In this document: in pieces, positions 50,001 to 58,334 of the stretch | Numbering within the stretch: position 1 is the first letter of the stretch | Layout of the letters: each line of letters begins with the position of its first letter | Assembly (NCBI GenBank): GCA_002269645.1 | Contig: NIVC01002263.1 | Location: 1-64,000 of the forward strand | DNA length: 64,000 nt | From: Macrostomum lignano | Taxonomy: Eukaryota | Reading direction: 5' to 3' | Translations under genes and position numbers: made by a program | The notes under the pieces: generated by a model | Told to the model about the DNA's origin: nothing | The model's input: the letters and a program-made list of their open reading frames with translations, nothing else | The model's database searches: none

Positions 50001-52200
50001 CATTTAGTGAAATAACTCACATTGACTATTTTTGAAGTTAAATAAACTTTGTCTGTTAGATCATGATAAATTAATACAAAAGTAACAACACTTAGCAACA
50101 TAGAACATGTGGTCACCTCGCCACCCGCCCACAGGACCTGTCCCGGCCTATTCATCCTGGGCCTGGTGGTTGGCGGCTTAGCCGAAATAGACGGCCGGCT
50201 CAGACGGGACGATCGAATCCTAGAAATTAATGATCAGGACATCCGCAACGGCACCCAGGCGGAGGCTGCCGCAATTATTCAGGTGTGCCAGGCTCACATA
50301 TCGACTGAGAGTATCGATAGCCAGAGTGACAGTCACAGACTCATTGAGAGCATTGGCACCTAAAGAGTGACAGACTCATTGAGGGGATTGGCACCCGACG
50401 AGTGACAGACTCATTGAGAGATTTGGAACCCGAAGAGTGACAGACTCATTGAGGGGATTGGCACCCGACGAGTGACAGACTCATTGAGAGATTTGGAACC
50501 CAAAGAGTGACAGACTCATAGAGAGTATTGGAACCCAAAGAGTGACAGACTCATTGAGAGATTTGGAACCCAAAGAGTGACAGACTCATAGAGAGTATTG
50601 GAACCCAAAGAGTGACAGACTCATTGAGAGATTTGGAACCCAAAGAGTGACAGACTCATAGAGAGTATTGGAAACCAAAGAGTGACAGACTCATTGAGAG
50701 ATTTGGAACCCAAAGAGTGACAGACTCATTGAGAGGTCTGGCACCCGAAGAGTGACAGACTCAAAGAAAGGACTGGCACCCAAAGAGTGACAGACTCAAT
50801 GAGAGATTTAGAACCCAAAGAGTGACAGACTCATTGAGAGGTCTGGCACCCGAAGAGTGACAGATTCATTGAGAGGTCTGGCACCCAAAGAGTGACAGAC
50901 TCTTGAAGATTTTTGTTACCCTTAAAGACAGACCGAACACGTTGGGACTCTTTAAGTCACTAATTTCTAAGAAATGAAATTCTCCCAATCCCCCCCCCCA
51001 GGCTGCCGAGGACAAGGTGACCTTCCTGGTGTCGCGGCGGACGCGGCCGCAGACCCCGGACCTCATCCAGGCGGCCTCAAGCGACAGCCTCTCGGATCTG
51101 TGCCGCGGCCAGCTGCCCCCGCCTGCTCTGGCCTCTGGCTATGCCGGCTTCGCCTCCTGCGCTCCCCCGCTGGGCCGCCGGTCGCTGCCCTACCTGACTG
51201 ACTCCGGCGCCGGCCCCATGTATCCCATCGACGATGAGTCCGACTATCAGGGCCGGGTTGTGGTGATTGAGAAGCTGGCCGGCGAGTCCCTGGGCATGTC
51301 GGTGGCTGGCGGCATCGGCTCCCAGCGCGGCGACATTCCCGTCTACGTTACCAACCTGCAGCCTGACGGCCTGGCCGCCAGGTCCAGGCAGGTGAGAAAA
51401 GGCGACGTACTGCTGGCTGTGAACGACATCCCGCTGCTGGGCCTCAGCCACGAGGAGGCCGTGCGACTGCTCAAAGCTCAAGAGGGACCCGTTGCTGTGC
51501 GCCTGCTGCCAGGTGAGTCTGGTGATCTCCCTGTTCTGTCAGGCAGCCTCCATGTTGTGTCAGGTGGCCTCATTGATCTGTAGGAAATCCCAGTACCCCT
51601 GAAGAAAGCCTAGTACCCCTTGAAGAAATCCCAGTACCCCTGAAGAAAGCCCAGTACCCCTTGAAGAAATCCAGTACCCCTGAAGAAACTCCAGTACCCT
51701 TGAAGAAATCCCAGTACCCCTGAAGAAACCCCAGTACCCTTGAAGAAATCCCAGTACCCCCTGAAGAAACCCAGTACCCCCTGAAGAAACCCTGTACCCC
51801 CTGAAGAAAGCCGCTGCTCACCCCTCCAGGCTCCGAGTCCAGCTCAGGCGGCGGCAACTTCATGCCCAGCTGGGTTTACTGGCTCTCCCTGCCGCCTGTC
51901 TGCTACCTGGAGCGCAACGTGGACCTGGCCCGGGACCCCTGCACCGGCTCTCTCGGCTTCTCCATCGTTGGCGGCGCCGACAGCCTCGCCGGGCCGCAGC
52001 CCATCATCGTCAAGAGCGTCGTCTACGGCGGCCCAGCGCACGAGGACGGCCGGCTGCGCTGCGGCGACATGATCACCAGGGTGAACGGCGACTGCCGACT
52101 GGCCGGCTTCACCCACGCCCAGGCTGTGGCTCTGCTGAAATCTCTGCGCTGCGACACCGTGCTGCTGACTGTGGTCTCCTGGCCTGGCACCATTGTGTGA
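18602..52200 (+). CDS. LNX2: LNX1/2-type E3 ubiquitin ligase (Zn-RING, two TRAF-type Zn fingers, 4 PDZ); whole gene, 10 exons
   Basis: Exons 18602-18877, 21271-21675, 22121-22281, 35905-35997, 37155-37318, 38385-38497, 44474-44748, 50135-50282, 51002-51512, 51830-52200. All introns GT-AG with compatible phases (0,0,2,2,1,0,2,0,1). Exons 2-10 total 2241 nt (746 aa + stop). The C-terminus VVSWPGTIV* is typical of LNX1/2. The symbol means LNX1/2 co-ortholog. Confidence 0.92.
19130..19942. repeat. 37-nt minisatellite TGGAATAGAATGGATTGCTAATCTATCCATTATGTCA, ~22 copies
   Basis: Period measured 19201 to 19238; LNX intron 1. Confidence 0.95.
20640..21186. repeat. 23-nt minisatellite CCCCTGTTCCCCTCCCTTCAGTG, ~24 copies
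   Basis: Period 21061 to 21084; ends ~85 nt before exon 2. Confidence 0.95.
21271..21675 (+). CDS. LNX2: LNX exon 2 (poly-Pro, N-terminal Zn motif, start of RING)
   Basis: TTCCTCAG| ... LDLCSSCGRFHEAGGAHLYDYDQDIDQDLMCK |GTTAGC; matches the LNX2-type LCxxCGxxH...HLYxY...DLxC. Confidence 0.9.
21742..21990. repeat. 28-nt minisatellite GAGTGAGAATTCAGGTCTAAACTTCAGG, ~9 copies
   Basis: Period 21841 to 21869; fills most of intron 2. Confidence 0.92.
22121..22281 (+). CDS. LNX2: LNX exon 3 (RING, C3HC3D type)
   Basis: LCQQPLVDPLDTKCGHTFCTPCLKSHLARQALCPIDKSIINFLECSQASSLVK; AATTTCAG| and |GTGAGT. Confidence 0.93.
22345..22460 (-). mobile_element. tRNA-SINE fragment, cut off by the 44-nt array
   Basis: B box GGTTCGATTC (22450-22441); body motif shared with the 10690-10967 SINE. 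Confidence 0.4.
22461..23040. repeat. 44-nt pyrimidine-rich minisatellite, ~13 copies
   Basis: Period 22561 to 22605. Confidence 0.92.
25215..25820. repeat. 19-21-nt minisatellite AGAGTGACTCTCAATCCATCC
   Basis: Two blocks separated by a short unique insert near 25500-25550. Confidence 0.92.
26064..26096. repeat. (CTG)11 microsatellite
   Basis: Direct read; intronic. Confidence 0.95.
26575..26683 (+). other. Candidate alternative LNX exon inside intron 3
   Basis: Acceptor-like CCCTCCCTAG| (26574), ATG 26583 reading MPAAAASNATVAASAAAAKPSSYQHSGLLLSPS, donor GG|GTGAGA in phase 2, compatible with exon 4. Confidence 0.45.
26717..27767. repeat. 33-nt minisatellite GGTGTGCTGAGCCCGGCTTGATAGCGGCTGTAA, ~32 highly homogeneous copies
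   Basis: Explains the 314-aa LIAAVRCAEPG ORF; starts ~33 nt after the candidate alternative donor. Confidence 0.97.
28500..30326. repeat. 22-nt minisatellite TGTCTGTCTGCATCTGTCTCAG, ~80 copies, grown from a (TCTG)n seed
   Basis: Pure TCTG run at 28505-28570 grades into the 22-mer; stop-free in all three + frames, giving three false 580-640-aa ORFs. Confidence 0.97.
31760..31905 (-). mobile_element. tRNA-derived SINE head (MIR/CORE-like arrangement)
   Basis: A box TAGCCTAGTGG (31901-31891), B box GGTTCGATTC (31857-31848), followed by GTGTCCTTGAGCAAGACATCTAAC, which resembles the post-tRNA segment of CORE-type SINEs. The anticodon stem does not pair. Confidence 0.65.
31931..34703 (+). mobile_element. 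Helitron-like non-autonomous element with (TCTG)n head; 3' end tentative
   Basis: A|TCTATATCTATAAAAATCAAAAC start, (TCTG)n 31954-32017, internal repeated CCATAG..TTGCTCCAC...AAATTTGACACA modules, possible end CCGCGGG...CAGCTTG|T at 34684-34704. Confidence 0.4.
33220..34430. repeat. GA-rich low-complexity polypurine tract
   Basis: Almost exclusively G/A on + strand; source of the S/L-rich minus ORFs. Confidence 0.95.
35310..35850. repeat. 56-nt minisatellite, ~9-10 copies
   Basis: Period 35366 to 35422; internal GAGTCTCA/TGAGACTC inverted pair; ends ~55 nt before exon 4. Confidence 0.95.
35905..35997 (+). CDS. LNX2: LNX exon 4 (Zn finger 1)
   Basis: (K)[30 protein letters not shown](R); GCGCAG| and |GTGAGT; phase 2/2. 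Confidence 0.9.
36105..36850. repeat. 21-nt minisatellite CTGAAGCTGATAATCTCTATC, ~35 copies
   Basis: Direct read; intron 4. Confidence 0.95.
37155..37318 (+). CDS. LNX2: LNX exon 5 (TRAF-type Zn finger 2, Ala-rich linker)
   Basis: CRGAVTRCSKSGQGCTFQGPRTALQNHLWECPFRSE...; C-x6-C-x11-H-x3-C; TTCACAG| and |GTGAGC. Confidence 0.88.
37345..38330. repeat. 21-nt minisatellite GAGTGAGTGAATGCTATCAAT, ~47 copies
   Basis: Fills intron 5 from ~26 nt after the donor to ~55 nt before the acceptor. Confidence 0.95.
38385..38497 (+). CDS. LNX2: LNX exon 6 (PDZ1 start)
   Basis: GEWSSKPPIVSGEVTVIEIPRGCYDLGISFVGGCDTPL; TTCGCAG| and |GTAAGG. Confidence 0.9.
39470..41200. repeat. 26-31-nt minisatellite GTGACAGGGATAGAATCCCACTGAAA, ~60 copies
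   Basis: Period 39841 to 39867; central block of longer variants; degenerate edges. Confidence 0.95.
41716..44430. repeat. 33-nt minisatellite CAGCTGACAGCATCAGTGCAGTAGATGAGTCAC, ~82 copies
   Basis: Explains the MLSAGDSSTAL ORFs; ends ~44 nt before exon 7. Confidence 0.97.
44474..44748 (+). CDS. LNX2: LNX exon 7 (PDZ1 end, PDZ2 start)
   Basis: [31 protein letters not shown]...RLAVYRE...KTLGIKLVGK; CCCCCAG| and |GTGAGA. Missed by the ORF track. Confidence 0.92.
44800..47332. repeat. 44-nt minisatellite (dimer of TTGCCTAG-led halves) with higher-order structure, ~58 copies
   Basis: Period 45361 to 45405; diagnostic variants recur at 656-658-nt spacing. Confidence 0.97.
48597..49345. repeat. 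31-nt minisatellite GGGCTGAAGTATGTCGCCTAACACCAGTGCT, ~24 copies
   Basis: Period 48841 to 48872. Confidence 0.96.
50135..50282 (+). CDS. LNX2: LNX exon 8 (PDZ2)
   Basis: TCPGLFILGLVVGGLAEIDGRLRRDDRILEINDQDIRNGTQAEAAAIIQ; CCCACAG| and |GTGTGC. Confidence 0.9.
50330..50905. repeat. 35-nt minisatellite AGAGTGACAGACTCATTGAGAGATTTGGAACCCAA, ~16 copies
   Basis: Period 50581 to 50616; fills intron 8. Confidence 0.95.
51002..51512 (+). CDS. LNX2: LNX exon 9 (linker and PDZ3)
   Basis: AAEDKVTFLVSR...ESLGMSVAGGIGSQRGDIPVYVTNLQPDGLAARSRQVRKGDVLLAVND...; poly-C AG| and |GTGAGT. Confidence 0.92.
51585..51812. repeat. ~21-nt minisatellite AGTACCCCTGAAGAAATCCC, ~11 copies
   Basis: Fills intron 9; ends ~18 nt before exon 10. 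Confidence 0.93.
51830..52200 (+). CDS. LNX2: LNX exon 10 (PDZ4 and C-terminal PDZ-binding motif)
   Basis: NFMPSWVYWLSLP...SLGFSIVGG...IIVKSVVYGGPAHEDGRLRCGDMITRVNG...VVSWPGTIV*; CCCTCCAG|. Confidence 0.93.
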
Positions 52201-52244
52201 CCGCCTCCGGCTTTGTGCCATTGCATATCCGAAATGTTGCGTTG

Positions 52245-54805
52245 TAGCTGAAATGGGTGCTGCCATCCATTGTGCTGAAATGGGCCGCTGCCATCCATTG
52301 TGTGCTGAAATGGGCCGCTGCCATCCATTGTGCTGAACTGTGCCGCTGCCATCCATTGTGTGCTGAAATGGGCCGCTGCCATCCATTGTGCTGAACTGTG
52401 CCGCTGCCATCCATTGTGTGCTGAACTGTGCCGCTGCCATCCATTGTGTGCTGAAATGGGCCGCTGCCATCCATTGTGCTGAACTGTGCCGCTGCCATCC
52501 ATTGTGTGCTGAAATGGGCCGCTGCCATCCATTGTGTGCTGAAATAGGCCGCTGCCATCCATTGTGTGCTGAAATGGGCCGCTGCCATCCATTGTGCTGA
52601 ACTGTGCCGCTGCCATCCATTGTGTGCTGAAATAGGCCGCTGCCATCCATTGTGCTGAAATGGGCCGCTGCCATCCATTGTGCTGAAATGGGCCGCTGCC
52701 ATCCATTGTGCTGAAATTGGCCGCTGCCATCCATTGTGTGTTGAACTGTGCCGCTGCCATCCATTGTGTGCTGAACTGTGCCGCTGCCATCCATTGTGTT
52801 GAAATAGGCCGCTGCCATCCATTGTGCTGAACTGTGCCGCTGCCATCCATTGTGCTGAAATGTACCGCTGCCATCCATTGTGTTGAAATAGGCCGCTGCC
52901 ATCCATTGTGCTGAACTGTGCCGCTGCCATCCATTGTGCTGAACTGTGCCGCTGCCATCCATTGTGCTGAACTGTACCGCTGCCATCCATTGTGCTGAAC
53001 TGTGCCGCTGCCATCCATTGTGTGCTGAAATGGGCCGCTGCCATCCATTGTGTGCTGAAATGGGCCGCTGCCATCCATTGTGTGCTGAAATGGGCCGCTG
53101 CCATCCATTGTGCTGAACTGTGCCGCTGCCATCCATTGTGTGCTGAAATGGGCCGCTGCCATCCATTGTGCTGAACTGTGCCGCTGCCATCCATTGTGTG
53201 CTGAAATGGGCCGCTGCCATCCATTGTGTGCTGAAATGGGCCGCTGCCATCCATTGTGCTGAACTGTGCCGCTGCCATCCATTGTGTGCTGAAATGGGCC
53301 GCTGCCATCCATTGTGTGCTGAAATAGGCCGCTGCCATCCATTGTGTGCTGAAATGGGCCGCTGCCATCCATTGTGCTGAACTGTGCCGCTGCCATCCAT
53401 TGTGTGCTGAAATAGGCCGCTGCCATCCATTGTGCTGAAATGGGCCGCTGCCATCCATTGTGCTGAAATGGGCCGCTGCCATCCATTGTGCTGAAATGGG
53501 CCGCTGCCATCCATTGTGCTGAAATTGGCCGCTGCCATCCATTGTGTGCTGAACTGTGCCGCTGCCATCCATTGTGTGCTGAACTGTGCCGCTGCCATCC
53601 ATTGTGTTGAAATAGGCCGCTGCCATCCATTGTGCTGAACTGTGCCGCTGCCATCCATTGTGCTGAAATGTACCGCTGCCATCCATTGTGTTGAAATAGG
53701 CCGCTGCCATCCATTGTGCTGAACTGTGCCGCTGCCATCCATTGTGCTGAACTGTGCCGCTGCCATCCATTGTGCTGAACTGTACCGCTGCCATCCATTG
53801 TGCTGAACTGTGCCGCTGCCATCCATTGTGCTGAAATGTACCGCTGCCATCCATTGTGTTGAAATAGGCCGCTGCCATCCATTGTGCTGAACTGTGCCGC
53901 TGCCATCCATTGTGTGCTGAAATGGGCCGCTGCCATCCATTGTGTGCTGAACTGTGCCGCTGCCATCCATTGTGTGCTGAAATGGGCCGCTGCCATCCAT
54001 TGTGTGCTGAAATAGGCCGCTGCCATCCATTGTGCTGAACTGTGCCGCTGCCATCCATTGTGTGCTGAAATGGGCCGCTGCCATCCATTGTGTTGAAATA
54101 GGCCGCTGCCATCCATTGTGCTGAACTGTGCCGCTGCCATCCATTGTGTGCTGAAATGGGCCGCTGCCATCCATTGTGTGCTGAAATGGGCCGCTGCCAT
54201 CCATTGTGTGCTGAACTGTGCCGCTGCCATCCATTGTGTGCTGAACTGTGCCGCTGCCATCCATTGTGCTGAACTGTGCCGCTGCCATCCATTGTGCTGA
54301 AATGTACCGCTGCCATCCATTGTGTTGAAATAGGCCGCTGCCATCCATTGTGCTGAACTGTGCCGCTGCCATCCATTGTGTGCTGAAATGGGCCGCTGCC
54401 ATCCATTGTGTGCTGAACTGTGCCGCTGCCATCCATTGTGTGCTGAAATGGGCCGCTGCCATCCATTGTGTGCTGAAATAGGCCGCTGCCATCCATTGTG
54501 TGCTGAAATTGGCCGCTGCCATCCATTGTGTGCTGAAATAGGCCGCTGCCATCCATTGTGTGCTGAAATAGGCCGCTGCCATCCATTGTGTGCTGAAATG
54601 GGCCGCTGCCATCCATTGTGTGCTGAAATGGGCCGCTGCCATCCATTGTGTGCTGAAATAGGCCGCTGCCATCCATTGTGTGCTAAAATTGGCCGCTGCA
54701 ATCGATTGTGCTGAACTGTGCCGCTGCCATCCATTGTGCTGAACTGTGCCGCTGCCATCCATTGTGTGCTGAAATGGGCCGCTGCCATCCATTGTGCTGA
54801 ACTGG
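52245..54805. repeat. 28/30-nt minisatellite GCCGCTGCCATCCATTG(TG)TGCTGAAATGG, ~88 copies
   Basis: Begins ~45 nt after the LNX stop codon; source of the 855-992-aa minus ORFs. Confidence 0.97.
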
Positions 54806-56089
54806 ACCCACGTGCTAATCACTCTACTGCTAGCAATATTTTGCGTTTGTATTGATTATTCAAAATCATGCAGAGAATTGATGAACAAATTGATTTTCAG
54901 TCATTTTTTAGTCCAACTAAGACGAAAATGTTGTTTAATAATCTCAAAGTCACATTTTTGTTTTGCTTTGTGGCTTGAGAGGGTTGGAGTCACCTTTTGC
55001 AGTATTTTTTATTGCTTTTGCACTGTCTGCAGTGCTGGGAGTGCCGCACCCGCCGCCTGTCATTTCACATTCTCCGTCTCACCCGGTCTCGCGCGCACTT
55101 GGATTTTGAATTATTGACCCGAAAATATTCAACCGCCAACTTTTATTAATCTCAATGTATGATTCTGCTGGCTGACTGCCATGTTTCCCTTGAAAGAAGA
55201 TGTTCCTCCCAAAAAGCGGCTTCTCATGTCGAATGCAGCAGCTTCTGCTCATTTTTCGTACAGTTTTGATTCTCAAATTATTTATTTCTAATCTAAATAA
55301 ATTTATCTGGTCATTGCGCTCGCTCTACCCTACTAACAACTGCTTTGTCAGTAGTGCAGTGCGGACACGATTAGTGCACTTTTTATCGAGTGTTTGTTTA
55401 TCCGCCGTGTATTTTTGCCTTTTCTCGGCTTTTGCTTGATTTTTTCCCACCCCCCCCCCGCGCTCCACTCCTTCTAGGAGAGCAGCCCGCTGCAGCTGAA
55501 AATTTTCGGCGCTTTTTATGAGTCCGTTTGCTGTACAGATTTGCCTGCGTCTCTGCTGCTAAGCCCGCCTGTTACTTGCGGACCACGTGCTCCTGTATTT
55601 GTATATTTCTGCTTCTATTATTATTTATTCATTTATTTTTGCAGTTGTTCAAATTTTAGTGCGTGCTCTTTCTCTCTTTGTGTCCTTTATTAAACAATAG
55701 AATCTGCTAAATACACCAGGCAAACACATTTCAGCTACTAACAGTAACATATTATACACTCTGCTTGGGTCTCATTTATCGGAATTCATTATTCATCGCA
55801 ACGCGCGCCTGTTTTAGAATTCAACAAGATTTGCTTCATTTGATTATAAACTGCAGACAGACATTTGGTAGATGGAGCTAGAGAGGTTCAGGTAAACTGA
55901 AGTTCACATTGTTTACCTTCAAAGCTGCTGATTTGTGCGACTTTGATTACTCCTGGCGGGTCCAGTCTTGATTTTATAGGTCCGCATCAAGTGTCCGGCT
56001 CTTTCAAGAATGAAAATATTCAAGATGGTCCACCTAAGGCAGGAGGTAAAGCTACCGAGGCTAATGAACCAACGTAAGGTACACGTAAA

Positions 56090-56500
56090 CACAGACAGAC
56101 AGACAGACAGAAAGGCAGACACTAAGACACATAGACAGACAGACAGACACTAAGACAGGCAGACAGACAGACTGACTGACTGCAGGACAGAAAGGCAGAC
56201 ACTAAGACACATAGACAGACAGACAGACAGACACTAAGACAGACAGACAGCCGGACAGCCAGACAGAAAGGCAGACACTAAGACAGGCAGACTGACTGAC
56301 TGCAGGACAGACAGACAGACAGACAGACAGGCAGACACTAAGACAGACTGACTGACTGACTGCAGGACAGACAGACAGACAGGCAGACACTAAGACAGAC
56401 TGACTGACTGACTGCAGGACAGACAGACAGACAGGCAGACACTAAGACAGACTGACTGACTGACTGACTGCAGGACAGACAGGCAGACACTAAGACAGCA
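56090..56500. repeat. Compound (GACA)n/(GACT)n microsatellite array
   Basis: Direct read. Confidence 0.93.
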
Positions 56501-57293
56501 GAAGCAGAAGCCGCCAACAGGAAGCAGCCGGCTTGTTATTAATATTTCAACACTAATTACTGGCAAATAGGTTATATTTATAACTGATAGTATAATTGTT
56601 ATAAATAAATATAATATGTATTCTTACAAAACAAACAACGGGCAGGATTACAGAGACACGAGAAAAAATAAATCGCTAATGATGATGGCGGGGCAGCTCT
56701 GAGACCGGGTTAAGCCAGGCGGGGGAAACGGAGCACGCATTGAGAAGACACAGCGCTACTGAAATGTGGCGAATAAAGATAGAAACAGTCTCAAACAACA
56801 TTCGGCGGCGAAAATAAGCGAGTCACCTGCATTGGGGATTTAATAACAGCATTACTAAATTAAAAATAACAGAAAGCATCCACTGAAAGCTTGCGCCAGA
56901 AACTTTACATCAATAGGGTTTCCTGGGAACATAATAACAAAATGACAAAAGTTGATGAAGTCTTATTTATGAATTTCTGAAACTGAAATTTCGACTGCCG
57001 ATATGTTGCGTAAATAACTTCGCGGAGCATAATTTCTCAAGTATATATAATAGGGGTGGATTCGGCGCTTGGTCCAATAGCGACAGTTCGTTTAATTAAG
57101 TTTGAAACAGCGAAAAAATAATGATCTGCTGGACAAGAGAAGCGGCAACAAAGACTACACTGGGTATTATTGACACAAAGACCACCAGATGAACAACCAG
57201 AGTGCAGACAGCAGACAACAGCAAATACGCGGCATCCATAAACACAAATACGGGCATTTCTAGTTCGGAATATCAGAGAGTGAATTGAAAATC

Positions 57294-57467
57294 TCAAACT
57301 GTCGATTCAAGCACTGAGACGGCGTCCCTGACGGCTCTGTACAGCAGTCTGCGGAGCGGCAGCCTATTGTGCTGGCGCATCTCCCGGCCCGTGGCCAGAC
57401 ACTGGCGGCAGCTCTCCTGGCTGACAAAATCCACTGACAGGCTGATGCCGCTGTGCAGGTTGCGCAC
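57294..57467 (-). CDS. KDM3/JMJD1-family gene, last coding exon
   Basis: TTGCCCAG| VRNLHSGISLSVDFVSQESCRQCLATGREMRQHNRLPLRRLLYRAVRDAVSVLESTV*, matching the KDM3 end VHNLYSCIKVAEDFVSPE...IIYHAVKDAV. 174 nt, phase 0. Confidence 0.88.
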   Translation of the reverse strand: MRNLHSGISLSVDFVSQESCRQCLATGREMRQHNRLPLRRLLYRAVRDAVSVLESTV

Positions 57468-57489
57468 CTGGGCAAATGTTGCAGAATGC

Positions 57490-58320
57490 AGATGCAGATT
57501 TCAGAACGTGGAGGATTCCTGATTGCAGTGTGGTGGATTCCCGATTGCAGAACGTGGGGGGGGATTCCCGATTACAGAATGTGGGGGTAGGGAATTCCCG
57601 ATTGCAGAATGTGGAGGGGAGGATTCCCGATTGCAGAGTGTGGGGGGAATCCTGATTGCAGAATGTGGGGGGAATCCCGATTGCAGAGTGTGGGGGGAAT
57701 CCTGATTTCAGAATGTGGGGGGATCCTGATTGCAGAATGTGGGGGGGATCCTGATTGCAGAATGTGGGGGATTCCCGATTGCAGAATGTGGGGGATTCCC
57801 GATTGCAGAATGTGGGAGGATTCCCGATTGCAGAATGTGGGAGGATTCCTGATTGCAGAATGTGGGGGGGGATCCTGATTGCAGAATGTGGGGGGGGATC
57901 CTGATTGCAGAATGTGGGGGATTCCTGATTGCAGAATGTGGGAGGATTCCCGATTGCAGAATGTGGGAGGATTCCCGATTGCAGAATGTGGAAGGATTCC
58001 CGATTGCAGAATGTGGGAGGATTCCCGATTGCAGAATGTGGGAGGATTCCCGATTGCAGAATGTGGGAGGATTCCCGATTGCAGAATGTGGGGGATTCCC
58101 GATTGCAGAATGTGGAAGGATTCCCGATTGCAGAATGTGGGAGGATTCCCGATTGCAGAATGTGGGAGGATTCCCGATTGCAGAATGTGGGAGGATTCCC
58201 GATTGCAGAATGTGGGAGGATTCCCGATTGCAGAATGTGGGAGGATTCCTGATTGCAGAATGTGGGAGGATTCCCGATTTTAAGATGTGAGGGAATTTCC
58301 GATTGCAGAATGTGAGGGGG
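57490..58320. repeat. 23-25-nt minisatellite GGATTCCCGATTGCAGAATGTGGGA, ~34 copies
   Basis: Period 58143 to 58168; fills the KDM3-like intron 57468-58334 almost edge to edge. Confidence 0.95.
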
Positions 58321-58334
58321 GATTTCGGCCCTAC

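Noticed and set aside
19130-50905. CRISPR-like appearance of the 28-37-nt repeats
   Set aside because: Units are head-to-tail with no unique spacers, no cas genes are present, and the context is eukaryotic introns.
51844-54822. 855-992-aa minus-strand ORFs (MDGSGPFQH / QWMAAAHFST)
   Set aside because: Translations of the 28/30-nt array that shift frame with unit length; the unique part is antisense to LNX PDZ4.
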